A stretch of 63,684 nucleotides of DNA, filler included, from Thraustochytrium aureum (Eukaryota): NCBI GenBank assembly GCA_012862495.1. It is 5 parts of 3 records of this genome, joined end to end, with 100 filler letters (N's around TTAATTAATTAA, not from the genome) between each part and the next. Parts side by side here need not be neighbours in the genome. Positions count along the whole stretch, not along the records: positions 1 to 18,236 come from BLSG01000299.1; 4 more parts are not named here. One strand, 5' to 3'. Positions 1 to 12,011 of the stretch are shown piece after piece. How positions within the stretch are numbered: position 1 is the stretch's first letter; each line of letters opens with the position of its first letter. The notes under the pieces are model-generated. The model saw only the letters and a list, made by a program, of their open reading frames with translations. It was not told the DNA's origin and did not search any database. A program made the position numbers and the translations under genes.

Positions 1-1088
1 AGCGGAGCATGAAGGTTTGCAGTGCATGTTCCCTCAACTACAGTTGACGGCGGACCGCCTCGCCTCGCGCGGTGGTCGAGAGCGCAAGTGAGCACTGGGC
101 AGATCGTTTTCCTCAAGTGCCGGGCTCAACGTCGCGTGTGGTCTGGCGGTGGTCCGACGGCTCTTCTTCTTGACGGCTCTTCGCGGCATTGTTGTAGCTG
201 CGCGGGTGGGACACCGGCTACGATCGAGTTGCGCAGCCAGCTTGTAGAGCGAGCTTGAGCAAGACTTTTGGAAAGCAAGAGCGAGGTACGCTCTCTAGCT
301 AGAGCTAGCTAGAGCGCCTGCCCAAAAGCTTGCGCTGTTGCGAGCCTGCGCGCCCGCGCGCCTTGTTCGCTTTCGAAGGCAATCCTCGATGGCTGCGCCA
401 CCAAGCTGGGCTACCGACATGCGGTTGCCCAGCTACATGGCGGTTGCCCAGCTACAGCTACAGCATTGAACGATCGGCGATCTGCCTCCAAGGCCCAGCC
501 AGCAGGTGCTGGGCGTTGGTCTGTCCTCATTCGTGCGCGGGAACGGGGAACGTATCTAGAGATTGAATTGTCGCTTTTGTCTTCTTCCAGCTTTCTTGAA
601 AGAAGGGCGCATTCCCATCGCTCATGCGATCAAGCAACGAACCCGCTCGAACGAGTCCATCGGAGCCAAGCGCGCCAGCATCACCACGCGCCAATGCCAA
701 GCTGCATGCGAGCAACTCCAAGCCTCTTGAGCTCCGAGACGTGGGAGCCCAACGTCCGTCCACCTGCGTGCGCGCAATCCACAGCGCGCTCATTTTCCGC
801 GAACAAAAAACCAAAACGTTGGCAAAAATACAAGACCAAAAAATCAGGTACTCACTTACCACGCACGAGAAGGCCGCGGTGGCTAAGGCACTAGCACTCA
901 CCGCCGTGAGAGGGGCGCAATCCGGCTTGAGTCATGCCATCCATCCCCAGCAAGCAAGCCAAGCCAAGCTGGCCAGCCAGTAAGGCGCACGTTGTGAGAG
1001 CAGCGCCGCCCCGCCCAAGTCTCCTCGGCCCCACCACTCACGTGATGTGAGCTGCCAGCAATAGCCACCACCACATCGATCGAGTTGG

Positions 1089-1270
1089 TCAACGACAACG
1101 ACAACTTCAACAACAGCAACAGCAACAGCAACAACAACAACAACAACAGCAACAACCCACCGCCGCCTGTCGCCCACCCACCTACCCACCCACCCACTCA
1201 CCCACGCACCGACCAAACCACCGACCGACCCACCCGCCCACGCAAGCAAGCAAGCAAGCAAGCCGGCAAG
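1089..1270. repeat. Compound microsatellite tract (AAC/AGC, CCCA, GCAA)
   Basis: Direct reading: caacaacagcaac runs, then cacccacc and gcaagcaagcaagc. Confidence 0.85.
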
Positions 1271-1619
1271 CGGGCACGAGGCACGGGGCGCGGGCACGGG
1301 GCCAGCCGGCCACAGGGCAAGCACGCCGCACGCACGACCAGCAAGGCAGCCGGCCTCGCGGCGGGCGCGCACGACGGTACGTACTCCAGTCTGCAGCCGA
1401 GTCTGCTCGCCAGAGCGCGTCCTCCACCACTAGGTGTCCGGGGCTGGCACGCTGGACGCCCTGGAGACCGGTGCTCGCCGGTCGACGTGCTGCTCAGAGC
1501 GGCGTGACTCGCGAAGACTAGCTGGCGCTCGTGGCTGGTGGGCTTGCGCTGCGGCACGCGCTGGTGCGCAAGCTGGCGAGGACCTTGGCCAAGCAAGTCG
1601 GCGGCCGCGCAAGCCGAGT

Positions 1620-3389
1620 ATGCCCTTGGGGGCTACCTCGAACTCGCTTGATTGGACTGCAGAGCGCGTTGCAGTGGCTGCTCGCCAGGAGCGGGACCTG
1701 CGATCGAGTAAGGTCGAGTCGGTGATCGAGCGGCTGGTCGGTGGGTCGGTCGGTCGAGGCGGTTGCACGGGATATGGGCAGCAGCTGGCAGGACGGGACT
1801 GCAGACCTTCAAGTCGTGGNNNNNNNNNNNNNNNNNNNNNNNNNNNNNNNNNNNNNNNNNNNNNNNNNNNNNNNNNNNNNNNNNNNNNNNNNNNNNNNNN
1901 NNNNNNNNNNNNNNNNNNNNNNNNNNNNNNNNNNNNNNNNNNNNNNNNNNNNNNNNNNNNNNNNNNNNNNNNNNNNNNNNNNNNNNNNNNNNNNNNNNNN
2001 NNNNNNNNNNNNNNNNNNNNNNNNNNNNNNNNNNNNNNNNNNNNNNNNNNNNNNNTTGCCGCTGGCGCCGCAACGCCCGGGCAGAGCGCCGAGAAAACAC
2101 GGCGCACTGCCCAAGCGCCTGGGAAAGCGCCGTCTTCACGGCACGAGCTCGAGGAGGACGCCTCAAGCGACACGGAGGAGGGCGGAGCAGCGAGTAGGCT
2201 CCCTGTGCCGGCCCCGAAACCTCCGACCCCCGCAAACGGCTCCACCGCGGCCCAGGCTGAACAGCGCGCGGCCGACGCGGCCTCTGAAGAAGGCTCGGAC
2301 GACGAGGGTGTCGTTAGGGACATATTAAACGGCCATCTGGACAGGTACGGCTTCGCCACGACCGGAAACGGGTCCGCCTCCGGCAACATGAGCGCCAGCC
2401 GCAGCGCCATGTCGCTCGCGAGAGACCGCCAAACCTACTGGTCCAAGTTGGAGACGGATGCGCAGCGGCGGCGGCGCGTCCGCCTCGAAAACCTGCGAAC
2501 CCAGAAATGGCTGCGCATGCTGGACCAGTGGCCAGTGCAAGTCACCAAAAAAAGAAAACGGCTCAACCGGCGCATCCGCAAAGGCATCCCCGACTGCTTT
2601 CGCGACCGCGTCTGGCCCTCCCTCGTCGCTGTGCACCAGAGCCTTGAGGCGCCGACGTCAAAGCCAGCCGCCAGCCAAGACTCGTTCGAGACCCTGCTCT
2701 CGCGCGCGAACAAGTCGGACGACGCCGAGATGGACAAGATTCGTGAGTGCATCAGCCGCGACATTGGCCGCACGTTCCCGCGCCACATCATCTTCCACAA
2801 GAGCGGCGGGATCGGTCAGCGCTCACTCACGAATGTGCTCCGGGCCTACGCCGAGCTCGACCCCGTCGTAGGCTACTGCCAGGGCATGGGTTTTATCGTG
2901 GGCCTCTTGCTGGGCTACGTGCCCGAAGCCAAGGCGTTTTCCATCTTTCGCTCGCTTATGCTCTCTGGCCCGTGGAACATGAGCGAGCTCTACAAGCCCG
3001 GCATGCCCGGCTCGCAGCTGCTCCTGACCCAGTACGAGGTCTTGCTCAAGCGTTTTGTGCCCGACGTGGCAGCCCACCTCGACAAGGAGATGATTGTGCC
3101 CAGCATGTACGCTACCCAGTGGTTCATCACTGTCTTCACTTACAACTTTCCTTTCGACGTGGTCGTGCGCGTCTGGGACATTTTCCTCCTCGAGGGCTGG
3201 CCCATCGTGCACCAGGTGGCGGTGGCCATCATGAAGGAGAATAGCAAGGAGATACTAGGCCGCTCCTTTGAGCATATTCTCGAGTATTTCCGCGGCATCC
3301 CGCCTTCGCTAAACCCGCAGGAGATTCTCGACCTGGCTCTCACGATCCCGATTTCGCAGGCGATGCTCGATGCCATCCGGCCGGCATAG
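1620..3389 (+). CDS. TBC-domain Rab GTPase-activating protein (TBC1D10/EVI5-like); 5' end uncertain, spans an N gap
   Basis: IRKGIPDCFRDRVW, arginine finger ISRDIGRTFP, glutamine finger GYCQGMGF, and YATQWFITVF...RVWDIFLLEG. Confidence 0.93.
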   Translation: MPLGATSNSLDWTAERVAVAARQERDLRSSKVESVIERLVGGSVGRGGCTGYGQQLAGRDCRPSSRXXXXXXXXXXXXXXXXXXXXXXXXXXXXXXXXXXXXXXXXXXXXXXXXXXXXXXXXXXXXXXXXXXXXXXXXXXXXXXXXAAGAATPGQSAEKTRRTAQAPGKAPSSRHELEEDASSDTEEGGAASRLPVPAPKPPTPANGSTAAQAEQRAADAASEEGSDDEGVVRDILNGHLDRYGFATTGNGSASGNMSASRSAMSLARDRQTYWSKLETDAQRRRRVRLENLRTQKWLRMLDQWPVQVTKKRKRLNRRIRKGIPDCFRDRVWPSLVAVHQSLEAPTSKPAASQDSFETLLSRANKSDDAEMDKIRECISRDIGRTFPRHIIFHKSGGIGQRSLTNVLRAYAELDPVVGYCQGMGFIVGLLLGYVPEAKAFSIFRSLMLSGPWNMSELYKPGMPGSQLLLTQYEVLLKRFVPDVAAHLDKEMIVPSMYATQWFITVFTYNFPFDVVVRVWDIFLLEGWPIVHQVAVAIMKENSKEILGRSFEHILEYFRGIPPSLNPQEILDLALTIPISQAMLDAIRPA

Positions 3390-3809
3390 CAGAGCGGATC
3401 CGGCAGGCATAGCATGACGGCAAGCTTGCCTGCCCGCCGCCTTTGCCCCTGGAGCTTGCAGCTTGCTGGCGTTTGCTCTGCCCCGAACCGCTGTTTTCTC
3501 GTCTCTGTAGAGTACAAGTCCAAAGTATGTATGTTTCTGCTGTAGTTGCGATCGACGTGGTGGGCGGAGATCGATGTCGCAGGGATAAACGCCGCGCGAG
3601 TTGGATTTGGCTCGTTCAAGGGCGACCGGCGCGCCACGCCAAGCTCGTGCTCTAGCGGGACTTGAGGCGTTCTCTTACAAGCGAAGAAGAATAGAAATAG
3701 CAAAAACTCTAGAGTTAAAGACAACATCTCTCGACATGCATCGTGGGTGCGGTGGCCCCACGACCACCGCACTCCGCCCATCCACCCATGTAGTACCTTG
3801 TCGAGATGG

Positions 3810-5632
3810 TCAGACGAATTCGATTTGACTCTCGTGCGCCGAGGGTGTCTGCATCGACAACCCGCCGCCGTCCCGGGGCGAGGCGAGGCGTACTGGTGGT
3901 GTTCTAGGCTCGGCAGCTGGCGGAGGCGTTAATGGTGCGGCCTCGTCCTCGAGATTGTCAAGGTTGCTGGGGATGTCGATCCGCGCGACTTGGTCCTCGG
4001 CATCAGCGTACTCCTCCTCCTCCCTCCTCGTCCTCCTCCGACTCGCCAGCGGCAGCATTCGAGGACGCCGCAGAGCAGTGCAGCCCAGTAAAGTCCACCG
4101 TGGCAATGCCGTGAAGCATCACAAAGGTGGATCCCTCGGTCTTGAGTGTTTTGCGCGCCAGCTTGCCAACGCGCGAGATGCTCTGGCGGCACATTGGGCA
4201 AAAGTTACGCTTGGCTAGCTCTTTGCAGCAGGCCTCGCAAAAGTTTCCGTGGCCACACTCGAGCAAGATGTACTCAGCGCCTTCCATGCAGCAGATCATG
4301 CACTCCTCGTCGGCGATTTCGGCGTTGTCCTTAAAGTCCTCCACGCGCGGATTGACCGCAGCCGTGGAACTCGCGACGTGCTTGCGAAAGAGATTCGCTG
4401 ACTCGCGGATGAAAACGTCCTCTGGTGCGTCGATGAACTCGAGCACGATGTCGCGCGCCTTGTTCTCGGCCTCTGCCTGCGAGGCCGAGCGGCGTCGCTG
4501 CTCCTCGCGGTCATGGCCAACAAAGTAGCCAAACAGCACCAACCCGCACAGCGCAACGGCTTCTGCGGCCAGAGCCATNNNNNNNNNNNNNNNNNNNNNN
4601 NNNNNNNNNNNNNNNNNNNNNNNNNNNNNNNNNNNNNNNNNNNNNNNNNNNNNNNNNNNNNNNNNNNNNNNNNNNNNNNNNNNNNNNNNNNNNNNNNNNN
4701 NNNNNNNNNNNNNNNNNNNNNNNNNNNNNNNNNNNNNNNNNNNNNNNNNNNNNNNNNNNNNNNNNNNNNNNNNNNNNNNNNNNNNNNNNNNNNNNNNNNN
4801 NNNNNNNNNNNNNNNNNNNNNNNNNNNNNNNNNNNNNNNNNNNNNNNNNNNNNNNNNNNNNNNNNNNNNNNNNNNNNNNNNNNNNNNNNNNNNNNNNNNN
4901 NNNNNNNNNNNNNNNNNNNNNNNNATACTTGGCGAGCTCGACGAGGGTGACGGCTGTGATTGCAGTCACAGCGAGCGTCGTGGTGGACGCAGTCAGGAAC
5001 GCTCGACGCTTGTGGGTGCCAAGTGCGCGATTGTTGACGTTGACGGCAAACATGAGCACACAGCAGAACACAACCGAAAGCAGAAACCATAGCGGAGCGA
5101 ACTGAAAGTGCCACGGAAGGTCGTTCCAGCCGTCGATTTTGAGAGCGACCATGAGCGCGAAAATGTACCGCGGCTTGACCGGCACGCCAACGTGCGGCTT
5201 GCGCTTGTAAAAGAGCCAGGCGTTGATGACTACGGCGCCCCAGAGCGGCGAGAACCGCAGCAAGGCCGACGTGTTGGGGGAAGAGGCAACCAGCGTGAGC
5301 TTGAACGCCGTCGAGATCCACTCCTCTACGAGGCTCTCCACGGTGAGGAGGAGGGCGTTCTTCGAGGACTGCGGCCACCACTCGTACTCTAGGCCTTCGT
5401 AGTTGTTCTGTATGCGCTTGAGCTTTGCCATCGCAGCGTACGCGCCGATCAAGTTGTTGAGCCAAAGCGGCACAAAGACGACGGGCCACTTGAGCCAGTC
5501 CACATACTCGTCGTGGTCCAACTTGAGCCAGAGCAGCAGCGTAAAGCTCATGGTGTTCAGGATGTACACTTCTTCGCGCCGCTGGGCGACCTGGATGGCC
5601 TGAGCCTGCGAGTTGGACCGTCGCCGCGGCAT
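3810..5632 (-). CDS. TMEM185/fragile-X-F-type multi-pass membrane protein with C-terminal RING finger (putative membrane E3 ligase); probable frameshift near 4020 extends the C-terminus to 3810
   Basis: Repeated LKLD...W..VF.PLW motifs (LWLKLDHD...WPVVFVPLW; LKIDGWNDLPWHFQFAPLW) before the gap. After it, CMICC...CGHGNFCEAC...CPMC. Linkage across the gap is inferred. Confidence 0.75.
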
Positions 5633-6500
5633 TCTCGCGTCGTTCCACTGTGTTCTGGCCGGGTCTGGCTGCGAGCAAGCGAGCGAGCGAGCGGCCAGCG
5701 CTTTCAAGCCCAGCCCACTATCGAAGCAGCGTCCCGCGCGCAGCTATCTCTGGCGCTGTCTCCAGCACAACCCGCGAAGGTCGCAAAGCACGGGGCTGGG
5801 GCACAGCTTGAAACCAGACGCAGCCGCAACTGCAACCACAGCGAACGCGGAGTGCTGAGTACGGCAGCGGCAGCAAATGCAGCAGTAGGAGCTCTTGCAG
5901 CGTTGGACGGACGCCCGCTGCTCGACTGCGCAGATGACTTTGGCCTTTGCTCGGAGCTCGAGCTCGACGTTCTTCGGCCGGAAAATGTTGCCGTTGAACA
6001 AAACCAAAAGTTTTTGCACGCATTGCACTGGCGCACACTGGTACGCAGCACAAGCAGAACTCAACGCAGCGACTCACCCANNNNNNNNNNNNNNNNNNNN
6101 NNNNNNNNNNNNNNNNNNNNNNNNNNNNNNNNNNNNNNNNNNNNNNNNNNNNNNNNNNNNNNNNNNNNNNNNNNNNNNNNNNNNNNNNNNNNNNNNNNNN
6201 NNNNNNNNNNNNNNNNNNNNNNNNNNNNNNNNNNNNNNNNNNNNNNNNNNNNNNNNNNNNNNNNNNNNNNNNNNNNNNNNNNNNNNNNNNNNNNNNNNNN
6301 NNNNNNNNNNNNNNNNNNNNNNNNNNNNNNNNNNNNNNNNNNNNNNNNNNNNNNNNNNNNNNNNNNNNNNNNNNNNNNNNNNNNNNNNNNNNNNNNNNNN
6401 NNNNNNNNNNNNNNNNNNNNNNNNNNNNNNNNNNNNNNNNNNNNNNNNNNNNNNNNNNNNNNNNNNNNNNNNNNNNNNNNNNNNNNNNNNNNNNNNNNNN

Positions 6501-9387
6501 CTGGTGCAGAGCGTTGAGGGCGTGTTGGTCGCCCTGCCTTTTCCGCGCGACGTACAGGTTGTCGAGGACGTCGACAACGTACTCGAAGGCGACCGCAGCA
6601 GCCGCCGACACGGCGTCGTCGAGTTGGAAATAGTCCCGGAGGCAGGTGTTGATCGTGGCCTGCGACTCTGGCAGGAAACTTGCCAGGCATTCCAGCGCGT
6701 CCTGCCATTGCTGCTGGTCGTACGCCCGCGTGAAGCGCAAGAGCTTGGTGAGTTGGCAGAAGACCGTGTAGGTTCCTCTGCCGACGGCACCGCGGATGCG
6801 GCTCTCAGAAACATTCTCGTTAAAGTTGTCGACCTGGCGCAGCCACTCGTCGCGAGAGGTGTGAGGCGGGCGAATGGCCACCGATAGCTGCTTGTTCATG
6901 ATCCTGACCGCGGTCTCGAGGCCAGCGTCCTCCTTGCACAGCAGGTGGACGGCGGTGAAAAAGAGCCCCTTCCTGTTGGCCAAGTCGCCCGCGCAGGTGA
7001 GCACCTCGCTGCGGAGGCGCTCGTCGCTGACAAGGTGAAGGAGAGTCCTGAGCCCGGCTACCTCGACGGTCGCTGCGTCCGAGCCCTTGCTCTCGATGCT
7101 GGCGAGCAGCACAGCTGAGATGCTGTTGACGATGGCCCTGCCCGGCGCCGTGGCCACGTTGCCGCCCGTCGCGCGCCACAGGTACATCAAGTAGAGCAGC
7201 GCGGCTCGCGGTTTTTGGGGCCTGCACTCAAGGAACCGTCGCGCGTAGGTCTCAACGAGCCGCACCAGGTCCTGCAAGCCCGCGTCGTCAAAGGCCCAGC
7301 AAAGGCAGAAAGCCATGTGCACCGCATCCGCGACAAAGGTCGTTGCAGGCTGCGCCGCCTGCTTTTGCTCGAGGAACTGAACCGCAAGCAGCGGCATGCG
7401 GGCCATGAGCAGCACGCGCGCAAACAGCTGCGGGTCGCCGCTGTCGCTAAAGTGATCTGCGCCGTTCCGTTTGAGGATGCGCTGCAGGGCGTCGATCTGG
7501 TCCTCGCGATCCTGGGTCTGCGTAGCGGCGGCAATGATACTGAGCTTCATCCACATGTAGTCCTGCACGCTCGCGTTGACGCAGCGCTCGAACAGCTGCG
7601 GATGCTTGCCCTTGAGCAGCATGAAGACGATTGCCTTTTTCCAGGGCGACCAGCGGAGCACGGCGGAGACGCGATCGGCCCCGCTGGAGCCTCCTCCAAC
7701 GCCGCCTCCCGCCTCGTGGAGCATTTTCTCGAGCTCTTTTACGCCGTCCTGCAGCAGCTTGTCAAAGTGGTTGAGGCGCGCGTGGGCGCCTTGCGTTTCT
7801 GGACATAACGACACCGAGGACGATTTGGCGGCGCTGGTCGAGGTGGTGCAATAGCTCGCAAACGGGCTTGACGAAGGGGTCGCTGATATTGTCCTGAGCC
7901 TTCTCCAAGACCTCGACGGCCTCGGTCCAGCCTCCAGCGCGCATGCAATAGTAAACGACAGCCCAGAGCGGCAGCGGGCCCGCATTTAACGCTGGCGGGA
8001 GCAGGGGTTCCCTCTCGCCGCTGAAGGCGTCCTCCAGGGAGGACTCGCCGCCCGCGAGCAGCGCGAGCGACGTCGAGGAGGCGCCATAGTCGAGGCGGCC
8101 GGGCTCGGACGAGGCGAAGCGGCCGCGGCCCGCCGCCCCGAATCGGCGTAGCTCAGCAGCGATGCCGCCGACGCCGTGGAGCGGGTCGCTGGAGAGGATG
8201 CGGCCCAGCCATCCCACCACCGCTTGCTTGACGGCCACGTCGCCGCCGTTGATAACGTTAGACTTGTACTGCTCTTCGAGGAAGGCGCGCGAGCACAGGA
8301 ACCAGGCTTGCTCGTCGCGCAGTTCTGACGCGGCGCAGATGTCCTTGACGAGGCGCCAGGTCTGCTCGCTGGAAGGCAGACTGTCCGAGACGAGGCAATC
8401 GCTCATGGGGCCAGCGAGCTTGCCTGGGGGCGTGTCTCGGTTCGCCTCGAGCGCGCTCAAGTAGCCGTTCACGCGCGTGTGGTCTTCGCCGCTGACGTTG
8501 GCGGCGGCGGCGGAGTCGCCGTCGTCCTCGTACTCGTCCATGTGGCCGGGCTTGGAGACGGACTTTGGGGCCTCGGCCCATTGCTGTGCAGGCGCCGCCG
8601 GATCGAGGTTCTTGCCGGCGTCGGAGCGGCGGAGCTCTTCCAAGAGCTCGCGTTTCTCGGCCTCCCACTCGTCCTCGAGCTGGCAAAGTGCCTGGTGCTC
8701 GGTTNNNNNNNNNNNNNNNNNNNNNNNNNNNNNNNNNNNNNNNNNNNNNNNNNNNNNNNNNNNNNNNNNNNNNNNNNNNNNNNNNNNNNNNNNNNNNNNN
8801 NNNNNNNNNNNNNNNNNNNNNNNNNNNNNNNNNNNNNNNNNNNNNNNNNNNNNNNNNNNNNNNNNNNNNNNNNNNNNNNNNNNNNNNNNNNNNNNNNNNN
8901 NNNNNNNNNNNNNNNNNNNNNNNNNNNNNNNNNNNNNNNNNNNNNNNNNNNNNNNNNNNNNNNNNNNNNNNNNNNNNNNNNNNNNNNNNNNNNNNNNNNN
9001 NNAGGCTACCTCCTCTTGCCCCTGCTGCGTGGCGCCCGGTGCGATCTGGTGCAGCTCGCGCTCTAATTTATCGGCGTCAAAGTTGTACTGGCCGAGAAGC
9101 CTACTGGCGCGATTCATCAGAAAGCTCTTCTTCTTTGGAGCGTTCTCGCCGTGCGCAGGCCCGCTCTCGTCCATCATGGTGCCGGGCCCGAGGAAGATCC
9201 CGCCGCTCGACTCCTCCTCCATCGCGTCGCGGCGGAGCGCTGCCGTGGCCGACTCGAGTTGTACGGGGTCGCGCTCGAGCATTGGGATGTTGTCGCTCCC
9301 AACGACCGGTATCTGCGACACCATCGTGTTGGTCTTCTGCAACATCGTGATCCATTGCTCCTTCTGGAGCATCCGCCTCGTCTCCAT
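6501..9387 (-). CDS. NUP93: Nuclear pore protein Nup93/Nic96; 3' end in gap; frameshift near 7830
   Basis: N-terminal IPMLERDPVQLE, PLWAVVYYCMRAG, PWKKAIVFML, VQDYMWMKL, FARVLLMA...AVQFL and DAVHMAFCL match Nic96-family motifs across two overlapping frames. Confidence 0.88.
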
Positions 9388-9657
9388 CGCTTCGCCGCGC
9401 GCGCGAGGCCGCGCCGCCCTTGGCACCTCGTGCGCGCGAGGACCGGGCGGGCTAGGCAGGCAAGCGGAAGAGCAGCAAGCCGCCAACGCCGAGGAGCGAG
9501 CCGCCGAGGAGCCCGCCGCAAAAGAGTCTGAGGCCGAGGCCGCGGCGGAGACGCCTGCGAGATCGCGCTCTCCTGCCGCCGCGTGCGCCGGGCGCTCTCT
9601 CGGGCACTCACCGTTCTGGCCGTGCCGCGAACTGGATGTGGCACTGGATGTGGTGGA

Positions 9658-9987
9658 TGGAGCTCTTTTCGATCATCGAGCGACTCGCGGAAGAACGAAG
9701 GAAGTAAAGAAGGTTCTTTTAAGAGTCGCCGCTTTTGGCCCGCGAACGCAACGCTACCGCAAATCTGTTAGGTCGCGCTGAGGATTTGAAACCGAGCGGT
9801 TAGGGTTGCCACTCGTGGAGTTTCCATACAAGACTCGCGCCGCCCGTGGGGTTTTTAGCCTTCGAGCAGAGAGGGGTCCTGTGCGGGTGTCCCGGGCGTT
9901 CTGGAAGCCAGAGCCCCGGGAAAACAGCTCTACAGCGGTCTCGTACAAAACAGCATACGTCTACTGAAACAAATTCAAACACGAGAC
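9658..9987. ncRNA. Candidate structured non-coding element containing a telomere-repeat motif (identity unproven)
   Basis: 10/11-bp long-range pairing of 9660-9670 with 9920-9930, enclosing hairpins 9680-9729 and 9891-9920. GTTAGGGTT at 9799-9807. Further stem 9938-9944/9981-9987. Confidence 0.2.
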
Positions 9988-10098
9988 ACGGCGCGCCACG
10001 ACGCGTGGTTTGCCCGCCTCCTGGAGCGGCCTCCTCGAACTATCCTCCACCAGCAGGGAGGGCACGCTACGTACCCCGACCCAGCACCTGCGCCTCCT

Positions 10099-10465
10099 CC
10101 CTCACACGCGCGGCACACGCAAGTTTTGCGTAAAAGCCAGTTCGCCCTCACAACAGTCGTTGCCCCTGTCTCCCCCTCTCACGAGCGAGTGCGCGCTCTC
10201 ACACCAACGCGTCCCGTTCCGCGGCGCCCTCACAACCGCCGCGCGTAAATCGGGCAGCACAGCAGAGGAGAACGCAACCGCTGGCGCTGAAAACGCGCTC
10301 GGAGTCGGCAAAGCGTCCCTTCCTCGCGCTGCGCCTCACACGCCGCGGCGCCGCTGTGAGGGGGCGGCGTTTCGGGCGCGCCCTCACAGCGGCCCAGCCT
10401 GCTGGCAGGCCATTTCCGCGCCTTCCTGAACAGTCACAGTGCCGCATCCGCGTCGCCCCCTCACA
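10099..10465. promoter_or_regulatory. Homotypic cluster of CCCTCACA motifs
   Basis: Exact CCCTCACA at 10099, 10145, 10227, 10381 and 10458, reverse copy at 10355-10362, variants at 10196 and 10333. Regulatory function is inferred. Confidence 0.4.
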
Positions 10466-11262
10466 CACTTGCCGCGCGCTCCTCCTCCTGCCGCGTGAGA
10501 GAAACCGACCAGCGCCGCACTCCGCTCCTCAGAGGAGAGCGAGAGCCTAACCGTGGATTCTCGGAGTTTCCACGCGCGCTCCCTCTGGCTTTCATTCGCA
10601 ACTTCCCCCTCCCGCTCGCGGCGGCGCTATCCACCTCGGACAATACTCGCTCCTCTCGGCGTATCTGCCGGCAGTGGCGCTTTCGCGCTTTTCCGCGCAT
10701 TTTCGCGCGTTGGGCTGGGNNNNNNNNNNNNNNNNNNNNNNNNNNNNNNNNNNNNNNNNNNNNNNNNNNNNNNNNNNNNNNNNNNNNNNNNNNNNNNNNN
10801 NNNNNNNNNNNNNNNNNNNNNNNNNNNNNNNNNNNNNNNNNNNNNNNNNNNNNNNNNNNNNNNNNNNNNNNNNNNNNNNNNNNNNNNNNNNNNNNNNNNN
10901 NNNNNNNNNNNNNNNNNNNNNNNNNNNNNNNNNNNNNNNNNNNNNNNNNNNNNNNNNNNNNNNNNNNNNNNNNNNNNNNNNNNNNNNNNNNNNNNNNNNN
11001 NNNNNNNNNNNNNNNNNNNNNNNNNNNNNNNNNNNNNNNNNNNNNNNNNNNNNNNNNNNNNNNNNNNNNNNNNNNNNNNNNNNNNNNNNNNNNNNNNNNN
11101 NNNNNNNNNNNNNNNNNNNNNNNNNNNNNNNNNNNNNNNNNNNNNNNNNNNNNNNNNNNNNNNNNNNNNNNNNNNNNNNNNNNNNNNNNNNNNNNNNNNN
11201 NNNNNNNNNNNNNNNNNNNNNNNNNNNNNNNNNNNNNNNNNNNNNNNNNNNNNNNNNNNNNN

Positions 11263-11859
11263 AAGGGGGCCACTACGGTGTCTGGTGGCAGCACGGTGCC
11301 GTCCTTGATCCAGCAGCAGTCCTTGATCACGCACCGCTTGGAGATAACGCAATTTTTGCCAATCAAGACGCCGTTCCCTATCACAGAAGCCTCAACAATC
11401 GACCCTGCAGGGACGAGCGAGCACAGCCGGCCGTCAGCGTCTGTTGGCGCCGTTTGCGCGAGCCCAGGCACGGGGCGCGCGCCCCACTCACCTCCTCCAC
11501 CAAAACGTTGTCCCCAATCGTCAACGAGAAGAACACCAAGTTGCCCTTCACGACCTTGTACGCCGGCCGCAGCACGCAGCCGCGCGCCACATTGCAGTAC
11601 TTGCCGAGCTTGACGCTGGCAAGGTCCCCGCGGACCACGACGCCCTCGTGTATCGTGCTCTTCGCGCAGCGACGGCGCCCAGGGAGGGCGGGCGTCAGCG
11701 CGGCGGCATCCCCAGCAGCCGGCCAGGCAAGCCAACGCATGCACGTACCTTGCCGTGGATGCGGATGTTCTGCGTGCCGCACAAGAACGTCTGCCGCGCG
11801 ATCCGGTTGCCCGTCGTCGTCTCGATGAACCCGCGCGGCCCCGACTCCGCCGCTGCCAT
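11263..11859 (-). CDS. DCTN5: Dynactin subunit 5 (p25), spliced; exons 11859-11749, 11659-11492, ~11404-11263 (3' end in gap)
   Basis: [49 protein letters not shown]...[19 protein letters not shown]...[27 protein letters not shown] introns with CTGAC branch sites. The second junction is one base out of phase at a G run. Confidence 0.93.
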
Positions 11860-11924
11860 CCTGCACGTTCGCGCTCTGCAACCTCTCGTCGTCAATCTGC
11901 TGTTCTGAAAACTGCAGCGGTCTA

Positions 11925-12011
11925 AGCGAAACACGCGCACACCTTCGAGCACAGCTTGAAGAGCGAAACACGCGCGCACCTTCTGCTGTAGAGTGGGCGA
12001 AACGCGCACAC
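11925..12011. repeat. Short imperfect direct repeats (GCGAAACACGCGCRCACCTTC-like) in the divergent DCTN5/kinesin intergenic region
   Basis: Copies at about 11925, 11962 and 11997 (partial). Confidence 0.6.

Noticed and set aside
1..1600. Short ORFs, including 624-983 and a basic minus-strand ORF starting near 189
   Set aside because: No recognisable domains. Several are products of microsatellites and high GC.
9658..9987. RNase P/MRP, SRP or U3 identity for the structured element
   Set aside because: I could not find the conserved P4 strands in the right order, the SRP helix 8 motif, or the U3 boxes.
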